In this document: in pieces, positions 1-7,920 of the stretch
How the letters are laid out: each line of letters opens with the position of its first letter
Position numbering within the stretch: the first letter of the stretch is position 1
Assembly: GCA_964430105.1 (NCBI GenBank)
Contig: CAYSEF010000004.1
Location: forward strand, 6,091 to 70,090
Source of the DNA: an uncultured Ruminococcus sp.
GTDB taxonomy: Bacteria > Bacillota > Clostridia > Oscillospirales > CAG-272
Direction: 5' to 3'
Length of the DNA: 64,000 nucleotides
Notes under the pieces: model-generated
Told to the model about the DNA's origin: nothing
The model's input: the letters and a program-made list of their open reading frames with translations, nothing else
The model's database searches: none
Position numbers and translations under genes: made by a program

Positions 1-962
1 AACAGGGAAAGCGTCCTTTGCTCGTTGCTTGTGACGTGTACCGTCCGGCTGCTATAGACCAGCTCAAGGTCGTTGGTGCACAGATCGATGTTCCTGTTTT
101 TGAAATGGGTGCAGGCGATCCCGTCGAAATAGCAAAAGCAGGTCTTGCACACGCTCAGCGATATGGACACGACATGGTGTTTATCGATACTGCAGGACGT
201 CTTCAAATAGATGAAGTCCTTATGGATGAGCTTGAAGCTATTAAACAAGCTACAGAGCCTACTGAGATAATTCTCGTTGTCGATGCTATGACCGGTCAGG
301 AAGCAGTAAACGTCGCTTCTACGTTCAATGACAAGCTTGATATCACGGGTGTGCTTCTCTCAAAGCTTGATGGCGATACTCGTGGCGGTGCAGCACTTTC
401 AACACGTTATGTAACCGGTAAGCCGATTAAATTTATCGGTACGGGCGAAAAGCTTGATGCTATCGAACCGTTCTATCCCGATAGAATGGCATCTCGAATT
501 CTCGGAATGGGCGATGTGCTCACTCTTATCGAAAAGGCTCAGCAGTCGTATGACGAAAAAAAGGCGGCTGAACTTGAAAAGAAAATTCGTGAAAATTCCT
601 TTACATTGACTGACTATCTCGAACAGTTCCGTCAGGTGAAGGGCATGGGCAATCTTGAAGAGCTTGCGGGAATGATCCCCGGAATCAAGCCCGGCGCACT
701 CAAGGATGCAAAAATCGACGAAAAGGCAATGGCACACACCGAAGCAATAATTCTTTCAATGACTGAAGAAGAACGTGAACATCCAAATGTTATAAATGGC
801 TCACGCAGAAAGAGAATTGCGGCAGGAAGTGGTACTTCAGTCGAAGAAGTTAATAAACTGCTCCGTCAGTATGATCAGATGAATAAAATGATCAAACAGC
901 TGACATCACAGTTTACCGGAAAGAAAGCTAAGAAAAAGATGAGACTTCCGTTTGGAATGTAA
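1..962 (+). CDS. ffh: Signal recognition particle protein Ffh, C-terminal part (5' end lies upstream of the window)
   Basis: The frame is open from base 3 ([17 protein letters not shown]...). SRP54 G-domain motifs are present ([17 protein letters not shown]), followed by a Met-rich M domain and a basic tail. rpsP follows, as in the conserved operon. Confidence 0.95.
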   Translation, partial: QGKRPLLVACDVYRPAAIDQLKVVGAQIDVPVFEMGAGDPVEIAKAGLAHAQRYGHDMVFIDTAGRLQIDEVLMDELEAIKQATEPTEIILVVDAMTGQEAVNVASTFNDKLDITGVLLSKLDGDTRGGAALSTRYVTGKPIKFIGTGEKLDAIEPFYPDRMASRILGMGDVLTLIEKAQQSYDEKKAAELEKKIRENSFTLTDYLEQFRQVKGMGNLEELAGMIPGIKPGALKDAKIDEKAMAHTEAIILSMTEEEREHPNVINGSRRKRIAAGSGTSVEEVNKLLRQYDQMNKMIKQLTSQFTGKKAKKKMRLPFGM

Positions 963-1089
963 TTTCTGAAACGCTCGAGGCTCGTTTGTATTGGTAAAAT
1001 TCAGAGGAAAACTTTTGAAGGCTTTCCTCGTGAAAAAATAAATTAAAAAATAAATTTCATGCGATAATATCGCAATTTTGGAGGAAAAA

Positions 1090-1332
1090 ATGGTTAAGAT
1101 CAGACTTAGAAGAATGGGCGCAAAGAAGGCTCCTTTTTACCGCATCGTTGTTGCAGACTCTCGTTATCCCCGTGACGGTCGTTTCATCGAAGAACTCGGC
1201 TACTACAATCCTATGACTGAACCTGTAGAAGTTAAGGTTGACGCTGAAAAGGTTGCTAAGTGGCTCGCAAACGGTGCACAGCCCACCGATACTGTAAAGG
1301 CTCTCCTCACAAAGAACGGTCTTATTAAGTAA
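1090..1332 (+). CDS. rpsP: 30S ribosomal protein S16
   Basis: The product starts [31 protein letters not shown] lies 4 nt upstream of the ATG at 1090, so the ORF-track TTG at 1078 is probably not the start. Confidence 0.95.
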   Translation: MVKIRLRRMGAKKAPFYRIVVADSRYPRDGRFIEELGYYNPMTEPVEVKVDAEKVAKWLANGAQPTDTVKALLTKNGLIK

Positions 1333-1334
1333 TT

Positions 1335-1601
1335 ATGGACAACAACACAAGCGCAAGCTATCACGATATTGACCTCGCAAAGGTTCTCGGCGATATGGCG
1401 CGCGCGATTGTTGACGACCCTGACTCCGTGAGTGTCACGGAAGAGGAAACCGAATCCGGTATTGTTTTGACTCTCAAGGTAGCAGAAGCGGATATGGGTA
1501 TGATTATCGGCAAGCACGGTAAGATAGCCCGCGCTCTCCGCACCGTCGCAAAAGCCGCGGCAAAAATAGCTGACAAGAAAGTTACTGTAGAAATAAAGTA
1601 A
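1335..1601 (+). CDS. KH domain RNA-binding protein (YlqC/UPF0109 family)
   Basis: 88 aa with a KH core, LKVAEADMGMIIGKHGKIARALRTV, including the GxxG loop. It occupies the conserved position directly after rpsP. Confidence 0.85.
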   Translation: MDNNTSASYHDIDLAKVLGDMARAIVDDPDSVSVTEEETESGIVLTLKVAEADMGMIIGKHGKIARALRTVAKAAAKIADKKVTVEIK

Positions 1602-1609
1602 TTTTTGGA

Positions 1610-1645
1610 ACTGCATTCACGTTATTATGTGAGTGCAGTTTTTTG
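1610..1645 (+). terminator. Intrinsic terminator after the ffh-rpsP-KH operon
   Basis: Stem actgcattcac / gtgagtgcagt (one G-T wobble) followed by TTTTTT. Confidence 0.7.
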
Positions 1646-1718
1646 CGTTTGCTTTATTGTTATCGTAACAAAATTGTGCTATAATATCATGAGATAATAT
1701 GATGGATTGGAGTAATAC

Positions 1719-2267
1719 ATGAATTTTCTAAACGAATTTGAGCTTCATTTGCTTCACATGTTGCATGACGTGTTGTATTGCGAGCTTGCAGACTCATTTT
1801 TTTCACTTATCACCAAGCTGGCTGATGCCGGAGTTTTCTGGATAATTCTGGCGATAGTTCTGTTGTTTTTCAAAAAAACACGCAGAGCAGGGGTGGCTAT
1901 GGCATTCTCGTTGATTTTGGGATTGCTGATTACCAATATTACTATAAAACCGCTCGTTGCACGAATCAGACCGTACGTTGTCGATCCGTCTATTGTATTG
2001 ATAATTCCGCCCGAATCTGAATTTTCTTTCCCGTCGGGACATACATCAACAAGCTTTGAATGTGCATTTGCACTGTTTTGTTATAATAAAAAAGCAGGTG
2101 TTGTGGCTCTCGTGCTTGCTACAATGATCGGTATTTCACGTCTGTATCTAATGGTGCATTATCCGACAGATGTTATTTGCGGAGCTTTATTTGGCGTTGT
2201 GATAGCTATTGTTGCGGTTAAAATTGCAAATTGGGTCGTTGATAAGACAAAAATGCCTGCCGACTGA
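1719..2267 (+). CDS. PAP2 family phosphatase (BcrC/undecaprenyl-diphosphatase-like membrane protein)
   Basis: 182 aa and multi-TM. It carries the acid-phosphatase motifs KPLVARIRP, FPSGHTS and SRLYLMVHYPTDV. A GGAG RBS precedes the ATG. Confidence 0.85.
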   Translation: MNFLNEFELHLLHMLHDVLYCELADSFFSLITKLADAGVFWIILAIVLLFFKKTRRAGVAMAFSLILGLLITNITIKPLVARIRPYVVDPSIVLIIPPESEFSFPSGHTSTSFECAFALFCYNKKAGVVALVLATMIGISRLYLMVHYPTDVICGALFGVVIAIVAVKIANWVVDKTKMPAD

Positions 2268-2324
2268 TAGGCTTCCGTTGGTAAAGCGATGTTAAAAATA
2301 ATTCCGTTGTTTTATAGAAAAAAC

Positions 2325-2362
2325 AAAAAACTCAGATACCTCGAAAGATATCTGAGTTTTTT
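2325..2362. terminator. Bidirectional intrinsic terminator (PAP2 gene on +, tRNA-Pro on -)
   Basis: An A-run, then stem ctcagata / tatctgag, then a T-run. Confidence 0.65.
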
Positions 2363-2364
2363 CA

Positions 2365-2438
2365 TCGGAGTGACTGGATTCGAACCAGCGGCCTCTTGGT
2401 CCCGAACCAAGCACTCTACCGGACTGAGCCACACCCCG
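2365..2438 (-). tRNA. tRNA-Pro (anticodon CGG)
   Basis: The reverse complement reads CGGGGTG TG GCTC AGTCCGGTA GAGT G CTTGG TTCGGGA CCAAG AGGCC GCTGG TTCGAAT CCAGT CACTCCG A. This folds as a 74-nt cloverleaf with anticodon loop TT-CGG-GA. No CCA is encoded. Confidence 0.93.
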
Positions 2439-2505
2439 ATTACCATGACATTATACCACAATATCATGGGGTTGTCAATAGATTTGCGAAAAAAATTGAC
2501 AAAAA

Positions 2506-2967
2506 TTATATAATCATATCAACACCATAGCTGACAAGTATCATTATCAAGCCTGCTGCTGTCACACCGCCAAATATTGCCGGAAGTGCGTTTTTCATAC
2601 GAAGGTCGAACATTGTTGCCACGAGTGCTCCTGTCCATGCACCTGTTCCGGGGAGAGGGATCGCCACAAGCACAAATAAACCGAATGTTTCGTATTTTAC
2701 AAGGATATCTCCCTTGGAGCGTGCACGATTTTCAATTTTTTCGGCAATGTTCTTGAGCCATGTACTCTTTTTCTTCATCCAGGTAAGGACTTTTCGGAGA
2801 AAAAGTATAATAAACGGTACCGGAAGCAGATTTCCGATAATGCTTACAAGAAGTACGGGCAGAAGTGGAAGGTCATTTGCAACTCCCCACGGAACCGAGC
2901 CACGAAGCTCAATAACGGGAAGCATAGCCATTCCGAGAACGGTCAGATATTTCAAAAAAATGCTCAT
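2506..2967 (-). CDS. Small multidrug-export family membrane protein (COG2426 / Sm_multidrug_ex-like)
   Basis: About 153 aa with 4 TM segments and the N-terminal motif LPVIELRGSVPWG. The start is taken at the ATG (MSIFLKYL) rather than the upstream TTG. Confidence 0.65.
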   Translation of the reverse strand: MSIFLKYLTVLGMAMLPVIELRGSVPWGVANDLPLLPVLLVSIIGNLLPVPFIILFLRKVLTWMKKKSTWLKNIAEKIENRARSKGDILVKYETFGLFVLVAIPLPGTGAWTGALVATMFDLRMKNALPAIFGGVTAAGLIMILVSYGVDMII

Positions 2968-3083
2968 ACAATCTTCCAATCGATAAAAATTCTATCCTTG
3001 TATATTATATATGCCTGCAATGGAAGATTCACCATACAAAATGTAAACTTTAAGGCGTAGAACAAAATATATTTTTAATAAAT

Positions 3084-3134
3084 AAAAAAATGACTGCTCG
3101 CATTTCGGAAATTTCTTTCTTAGTGCGGGCAGCC
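3084..3134 (-). terminator. Intrinsic terminator of the PPIase gene; member A of the conserved-loop hairpin family
   Basis: On the minus strand, stem ggctgcccgca / tgcgagcagtc with loop ctaagaaagaaatttccgaaa is followed by a run of T. See findings. Confidence 0.7.
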
Positions 3135-3152
3135 ACATGAATTTTATTCGGT

Positions 3153-4601
3153 TTACGCGTTGATTTCGTAGATTACATCTGCGTTGAAGTTTATATTTGC
3201 TGCATTTTCGGTAACGAGTGCAGTATAGTCTGCATTTTTCATAGCTTTTTCAGCATTAGATTCCCATGCAGAACCTTCGCCTTCACCAAGGTATTCCATA
3301 ATGTGCCAACCGAAGGTGGTTTCTACAACCTCTCTGTCGTTTACGGAACGAGAATCATCAAACAGCCATGCGTTGAATTCATTTGTCATTTCGCCGATGC
3401 ATACGTTTTCATAAACGCCTGCGGTGGAAATAGAGCCTTCGTCGTAGCTGTATTCATTAACGAGTTCAGCAAACTTTTCGTCGGTGAATCCATCAGCTTC
3501 AAGTTCAGCGAATACTTCATCAGCAGTTGTGCTGTCGGAGTAAACTTCATTTGAGAAAAGAATATGACGTACATTGCGGGTAGCTGTTTCATCACGATAG
3601 GAAGGCTTTACAAGGTAATATACCGCGTAAGTTGTATCACCTTCAACACCGGGCATATAAGTTTCACCTGCGGAAGCAGAGAACGCCCAGTCGGAGATAG
3701 ATGCGATGGAGGAAGCTGTGATGTGTCTCTGATAGCAGGATGCAACAGCTTCTTCGATTGTTTCATCGTCTGCACCTGTTGTGGTGAGATAATCCTTTAC
3801 AAGAGAGAGGAATTCGTCTTCGCTTGTAGCAGCAGCGAGCTTTTCAGCTTCTGACATAGCAGTAGCAGATGCGCCGGTAGTTTCGCCTATAGGATTTCCG
3901 CTTGCGTCCTTTTCCATGAAGTCAGCGGCTGCTGTTGTGAATACGAGGTAATCAACACCATCGAAATCAGCGGAATGCTCAGAATAATAAGCTTCCTTTT
4001 CGTCGATAGTGTAGGTGAGAGAGTCGTTGTACTGAGTAGAATAAAGGGAAGCGAGTGCAGTGAGCTCAAGGCAATTTCTAACGTCTTTTTCGTTCATGCC
4101 GATTCCCATAGCAACTGTGAGATACTGGTCGAGAGAGTAGCCGTAGCTGTCTGCAACCACCTTGAGAGAATTGATTGTTGCATCAATGTCAGTCTGGTCG
4201 ATATCTGCAACGGTAACACCTGCGGTGTGTGCAGCTTCACAGAGTGCGAGAATTTCGGTTACATAATCCATGGTAACTGCTGCGAAATAATCGAACCATG
4301 TGCCGTTTTCGATGTAGCTGCATTTCTGAGCCTTCAGTGAAACGCTTGTGTCTACGCCAAGATAGCTTATATAGGATGCGTAAGACTGGTAATTGGTGTT
4401 GAAGTAATAAGCCATCATAGTGCCTGTTACTTCATAATTTTCAGTTTCCGCTGCAGTTTTGCTACGGAGGATAAAACCACTGTCATCAAGACGTGTATAG
4501 ACGTTAAGACCTATTACAAGAGCCGCAACGAGAATAACACAAACTGTGATAATCAGAGATTTGGTTTTGCTGTTCTGTACAGCCTGATTTTCCTTACCCA
4601 T
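3153..4601 (-). CDS. Membrane-anchored peptidylprolyl isomerase (PpiC/parvulin type, PrsA/SurA-like)
   Basis: It has an N-terminal TM anchor (SLIITVCVILVAALVIGL) and a C-terminal parvulin domain (RHILF...FGWHIMEY). AAAGGAG lies upstream of the ATG at 4601. Confidence 0.75.
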   Translation of the reverse strand: MGKENQAVQNSKTKSLIITVCVILVAALVIGLNVYTRLDDSGFILRSKTAAETENYEVTGTMMAYYFNTNYQSYASYISYLGVDTSVSLKAQKCSYIENGTWFDYFAAVTMDYVTEILALCEAAHTAGVTVADIDQTDIDATINSLKVVADSYGYSLDQYLTVAMGIGMNEKDVRNCLELTALASLYSTQYNDSLTYTIDEKEAYYSEHSADFDGVDYLVFTTAAADFMEKDASGNPIGETTGASATAMSEAEKLAAATSEDEFLSLVKDYLTTTGADDETIEEAVASCYQRHITASSIASISDWAFSASAGETYMPGVEGDTTYAVYYLVKPSYRDETATRNVRHILFSNEVYSDSTTADEVFAELEADGFTDEKFAELVNEYSYDEGSISTAGVYENVCIGEMTNEFNAWLFDDSRSVNDREVVETTFGWHIMEYLGEGEGSAWESNAEKAMKNADYTALVTENAANINFNADVIYEINA

Positions 4602-4860
4602 TGTAGGATAAACTCCTTTCAAATTTGCAAATTTGCATATTCTTATGCTTGATCATCGGAAAAACCGATAAAATATCAAATCATCATGCTATTATATCAC
4701 AAAAACCAACGGAATGCAATTATTATTTTTAAATTGTAAGAAAACTGTGCCAAGATTCAGAAAAACAACACATTGAAACGTGAAAAAAAGCATCAAAAGC
4801 AATATAATTGCACGAATTTCAAAAAAATCAAAATAATTATAATTTTTTTTGAAAAAACAC

Positions 4861-4889
4861 TTGACAAATAAGAAAAGGTGTGGTATTAT
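4861..4889 (+). promoter_or_regulatory. Sigma-A type promoter for tRNA-Arg
   Basis: TTGACA, 17-nt spacer, TATTAT, with TGG immediately upstream of the -10 (extended -10). It lies about 30 nt before the tRNA. Confidence 0.6.
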
Positions 4890-4920
4890 ATATAGGCAGT
4901 CAGCGAGAAGCTGATGCGAT

Positions 4921-4996
4921 GCGCTACTAGCTCAGTGGATAGAGTGCCCGGCTACGAACCGGTAGGTCGCAGGTTCGAATCCTGCGTGGCGCGCCA
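4921..4996 (+). tRNA. tRNA-Arg (anticodon ACG), CCA encoded
   Basis: GCGCTAC TA GCTC AGTGGATA GAGT G CCCGG CTACGAA CCGGT AGGTC GCAGG TTCGAAT CCTGC GTGGCGC G CCA. The layout closely parallels bacterial tRNA-Arg(ACG). Confidence 0.92.
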
Positions 4997-4999
4997 TAA

Positions 5000-5034
5000 A
5001 ACCCGTGGGAATGTTAGTTTTCACGGGTTTTTTG
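5000..5034 (+). terminator. Intrinsic terminator after tRNA-Arg
   Basis: Stem aacccgtg / cacgggtt followed by TTTTT. Confidence 0.75.
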
Positions 5035-5511
5035 TTGCTTTTTTGTGCTTTCGTCTGTCATCACTATACAGCATATGCTACGGCATCATCTGCATCATAT
5101 GTTAATGTTCTCAAAAGAGTACACACCTTCATATTTTCGGTGATATTTTCAATCAGATAGGAACTGATTTGGGCAATGTGTGCTTCATTGAGAGTTATCC
5201 GAGTGACGCTGGATCTTCTCACCGGTCGGCAAATCTTCACGACTTCTTTGGGGAATCACATACCACTCGGGAATCGTAGGTGAGTAGACCTTTCTGCGGT
5301 TTTACCACTAAAAAATATAATTTTGCGTTTTTTATCTGATACTATTAAAGCTGTACGGCAAAAAAGCACACATCAATCTACGTATATTTCTCTGTCGTAA
5401 ATGCATATGATTAAAGTTTAATATTAAGTTGTGTAAAAATTACAATAGTAATTCGCATATAAACATAGAATAAGTGTAAAAATATTAAATAATAAAATTA
5501 CGAGAAAACTA

Positions 5512-5540
5512 TTTACAAATTGTGTGCGTGGTGGTATAAT
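5512..5540 (+). promoter_or_regulatory. Sigma-A type promoter for the URO-D family gene
   Basis: TTTACA, 17-nt spacer, TATAAT. Confidence 0.55.
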
Positions 5541-5611
5541 GGTGATGACAGAGGGATGTTGAGAATTCGAATCCCAAAAAACATAAAAATCATGTACAGG
5601 AGTAGATTGAT

Positions 5612-6556
5612 ATGACTAAGAAAGAACGTGTGCTGAAAATTTTAGCTGGTCAGCCGGTTGATAGACCTGCAACTTGTTTCTGGAGACATTATGGAAACAT
5701 CGGTCCCGAAAAGACTATTGAAGCTCATCTTAATTTCCTTGAAGCTACCGATATGGATATCCTCAAGATGATGTGCGATGAATTCTTTACATATCCTATC
5801 GGTGATGCAAAGACTCCGGAAGATTTCATGAAGCTCAGACCCGGCGGTAAAGATTCTCCGTGGGTAAAAGGTCAGGTAGAACGTGCTACTCAGATCAACG
5901 AAGCTCTTAAGGGCGAAATCGTTACATTCTATAACGCATTTTCTCCATACTCCAAGATGAAGCATACTATCGGTGACAGACAGAGTATGCAGCTTCTCCG
6001 CGAAAATGAAGAGGTTGCTCGTCATTTCATGGATGTAATTGCTGAAGATACCTGCTATATGGTTGAAGGTATGCTTAAGGAAAGTGGAACTACAGGTATG
6101 ATGCTTCCTGTTCAGGGTGCTGAAGAAGGTCGTTTCACTGCTGAAGAATATGCAAACCTTATCGCTCCTTATGAAATCAGAGTTATCGAAACTGCTGAAA
6201 AGTATTCCGAAAATAATATGCTTCATATGTGCGGTTGGGACGGATTTGCAAACCACCTCGAATGGTGGGATTACAACACCAAGCTCATTAGCTGGGCTGC
6301 ATTCGTTGAAAATCTTACCCCGGCTCAGGCTAAGGCAAAGTATCCCGGCCATGTAATGGTAGGTGGCTTCGATAACAGAGACGGTACACTCCTGCCTTCC
6401 GGTACAAAGGAAGATATTCAGGCGTATACTAAGGAAATCGTTGCAACAGCAGGTAAGGAAAACCTCATTATTGGTGCTGACTGCTCACTTCCCGGAAATA
6501 TGGATCCTGTAAGAATCAAGTGGATCGTAGAAGCACTCGACGAGATCGCTGACTAA
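5612..6556 (+). CDS. Uroporphyrinogen decarboxylase (URO-D) family protein, MtaA/MtbA-like fold; substrate unknown
   Basis: 314 aa. The N-terminus MTKKERVLKILAGQPVDRPATCFW is typical of the URO-D/methyltransferase family. An AGGAG RBS is present. Confidence 0.65.
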   Translation: MTKKERVLKILAGQPVDRPATCFWRHYGNIGPEKTIEAHLNFLEATDMDILKMMCDEFFTYPIGDAKTPEDFMKLRPGGKDSPWVKGQVERATQINEALKGEIVTFYNAFSPYSKMKHTIGDRQSMQLLRENEEVARHFMDVIAEDTCYMVEGMLKESGTTGMMLPVQGAEEGRFTAEEYANLIAPYEIRVIETAEKYSENNMLHMCGWDGFANHLEWWDYNTKLISWAAFVENLTPAQAKAKYPGHVMVGGFDNRDGTLLPSGTKEDIQAYTKEIVATAGKENLIIGADCSLPGNMDPVRIKWIVEALDEIAD

Positions 6557-6570
6557 TAACAAAATAAATA

Positions 6571-6627
6571 AAAAATGGCTGTTACATTTTGAAAATCACT
6601 ATTTCAAATGCAACAGCCTCTTTTTTT
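6571..6627. terminator. Bidirectional intrinsic terminator between the convergent URO-D family and DUF362 genes
   Basis: A 17-18 bp stem, ggctgttacattttgaaa / tttcaaatgcaacagcc, is flanked by an A-run and a T-run. Confidence 0.75.
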
Positions 6628-6638
6628 ATTACTTTTTA

Positions 6639-7736
6639 TTACATTACTGTAACTAATTCATAATCCTGTGTGCCAAGGCCGACCTTTTCGAGACAGTCAA
6701 GCTGAATGAAAGGATTCTTGCCGTGGAGCTGTTCAAAGAGGTGACCGTGACCGGAGAGTTCCATGCCTGCGGGTACGCCTTCCTTGATGAGGTTTTCCAT
6801 CTTGATAGAATCAATAGATGCGCGCTCGATAGCTACGATGTCGTCAGATGCCATGATACCTATATCCGGTACGAGGGAAGGTGTAGTCATACCCCAGCAG
6901 TCGCAGAGCGCAGTGATCTGTGTCAGTACATTGATATAGAATACATTGCCGGGAGCGAAGGTGTCAACTACAGCCTTAGTGCAAACTGCCATGCCCATCT
7001 GGAAATCAGCATAGTCGTGTGAATCGAGAGTGATAGCACCTACAGGACATACCTTCATGCAATGCTGGCAAAGAGTGCAGTGATGGAAGTTTACACTGTA
7101 GTCGCCCTTGTTGTTAGGTTCGCTGAAGGAGTTTGCGTGGTGGTTGCAGGCAGTAATGCACTTGCCACAGTGGATGCACTTTTCCTTATCCCATACAATT
7201 CCGCCTTCGAGTCCGTGAATTTCGCCACGAGTTCTGTCAGTTACACAGCCCATTGCGATATTCTTACAAGCACCACCGAATGCACAGCAGCCATGACCCT
7301 TAACGTGAGAGAAGTCGATGAGAAAATCAGCATCGTGGATAAGGCCTGCAACGTCGATATGGCGAAGTGACTTGTATTCTACTTCTTTGGTGTAGAAATA
7401 TTTACCAAAATAGCCACAGTCATCGAGAACGGGACATCCGAGGTTGGAGTCAGTGTATCCACGTTCTTCAGGGTGACGACCGTAAACATAGTGGTCAGTT
7501 ATAAAGCATTCACCACCGGATTCCTTAATGAAGGAAACAAGCTTGCGAACAAAAATCGGTGGGATAGTGGAATATGTAACGCCACTGCCGACGTGCATCT
7601 TGATAGCGACCTTTTTACCTTTGACTTTTTCAGCAAGACCTGATTTTTTCAGCATACGGCTGAATTTTTCGGGAAGAGTCTGAGTTGCTTCATAGCGTGA
7701 GTACGCCATTGGTGCGAATAAAACTTTACTTGCCAT
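6639..7736 (-). CDS. DUF362 domain protein with an inserted 2x[4Fe-4S] ferredoxin domain
   Basis: Two CxxCxxCxxxCP-type motifs are present (CIHCGKCITACN and CTLCQHCMKVCPVGAI). The N-terminus is DUF362-like (KKVAIKMHVG). GGAGGA lies 7 nt before the ATG at 7736. Confidence 0.7.
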   Translation of the reverse strand: MASKVLFAPMAYSRYEATQTLPEKFSRMLKKSGLAEKVKGKKVAIKMHVGSGVTYSTIPPIFVRKLVSFIKESGGECFITDHYVYGRHPEERGYTDSNLGCPVLDDCGYFGKYFYTKEVEYKSLRHIDVAGLIHDADFLIDFSHVKGHGCCAFGGACKNIAMGCVTDRTRGEIHGLEGGIVWDKEKCIHCGKCITACNHHANSFSEPNNKGDYSVNFHHCTLCQHCMKVCPVGAITLDSHDYADFQMGMAVCTKAVVDTFAPGNVFYINVLTQITALCDCWGMTTPSLVPDIGIMASDDIVAIERASIDSIKMENLIKEGVPAGMELSGHGHLFEQLHGKNPFIQLDCLEKVGLGTQDYELVTVM

Positions 7737-7829
7737 GATTTTATCCTCCATGAGTATAATATTCGATGTAAATTATATCACAATTTTCTTGTTTTGTCAG
7801 TGTTTATTTTGTGAATTATCTATTTTTAA

Positions 7830-7884
7830 TAAAAAATGAGGCTACTCGCATTTCGGGAATTTCTTTCCTGATGTGAGTAGCCTC
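7830..7884 (-). terminator. Intrinsic terminator of the SBP lipoprotein gene; member B of the conserved-loop hairpin family
   Basis: A 14-bp stem, gaggctactcacat / atgcgagtagcctc (minus strand, one wobble), is followed by a run of T. The loop is nearly identical to hairpin A. Confidence 0.75.
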
Positions 7885-7920
7885 AATTCAATTTAGTTTA
7901 TTTGAGATGTTCTGATCGTT

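Noticed and set aside
399-737. A 112-aa minus-strand ORF inside ffh. Many similar antisense ORFs lie inside long genes, for example 1203-1616, 5642-6352, 8287-8823, 9861-10337, 11986-12480, 31381-31920, 31963-32592, 47686-48126 and 51400-51846.
   Set aside because: These are shadow ORFs fully embedded antisense or out of frame in confidently identified genes. They have no RBS and low-complexity or odd composition.
2289-2513. A 74-aa plus-strand ORF.
   Set aside because: It runs across the terminator and the tRNA-Pro gene on the opposite strand and has no RBS. It is an artefact.
4914-5105. A 63-aa plus-strand ORF.
   Set aside because: It is the translation of the tRNA-Arg gene and its terminator.
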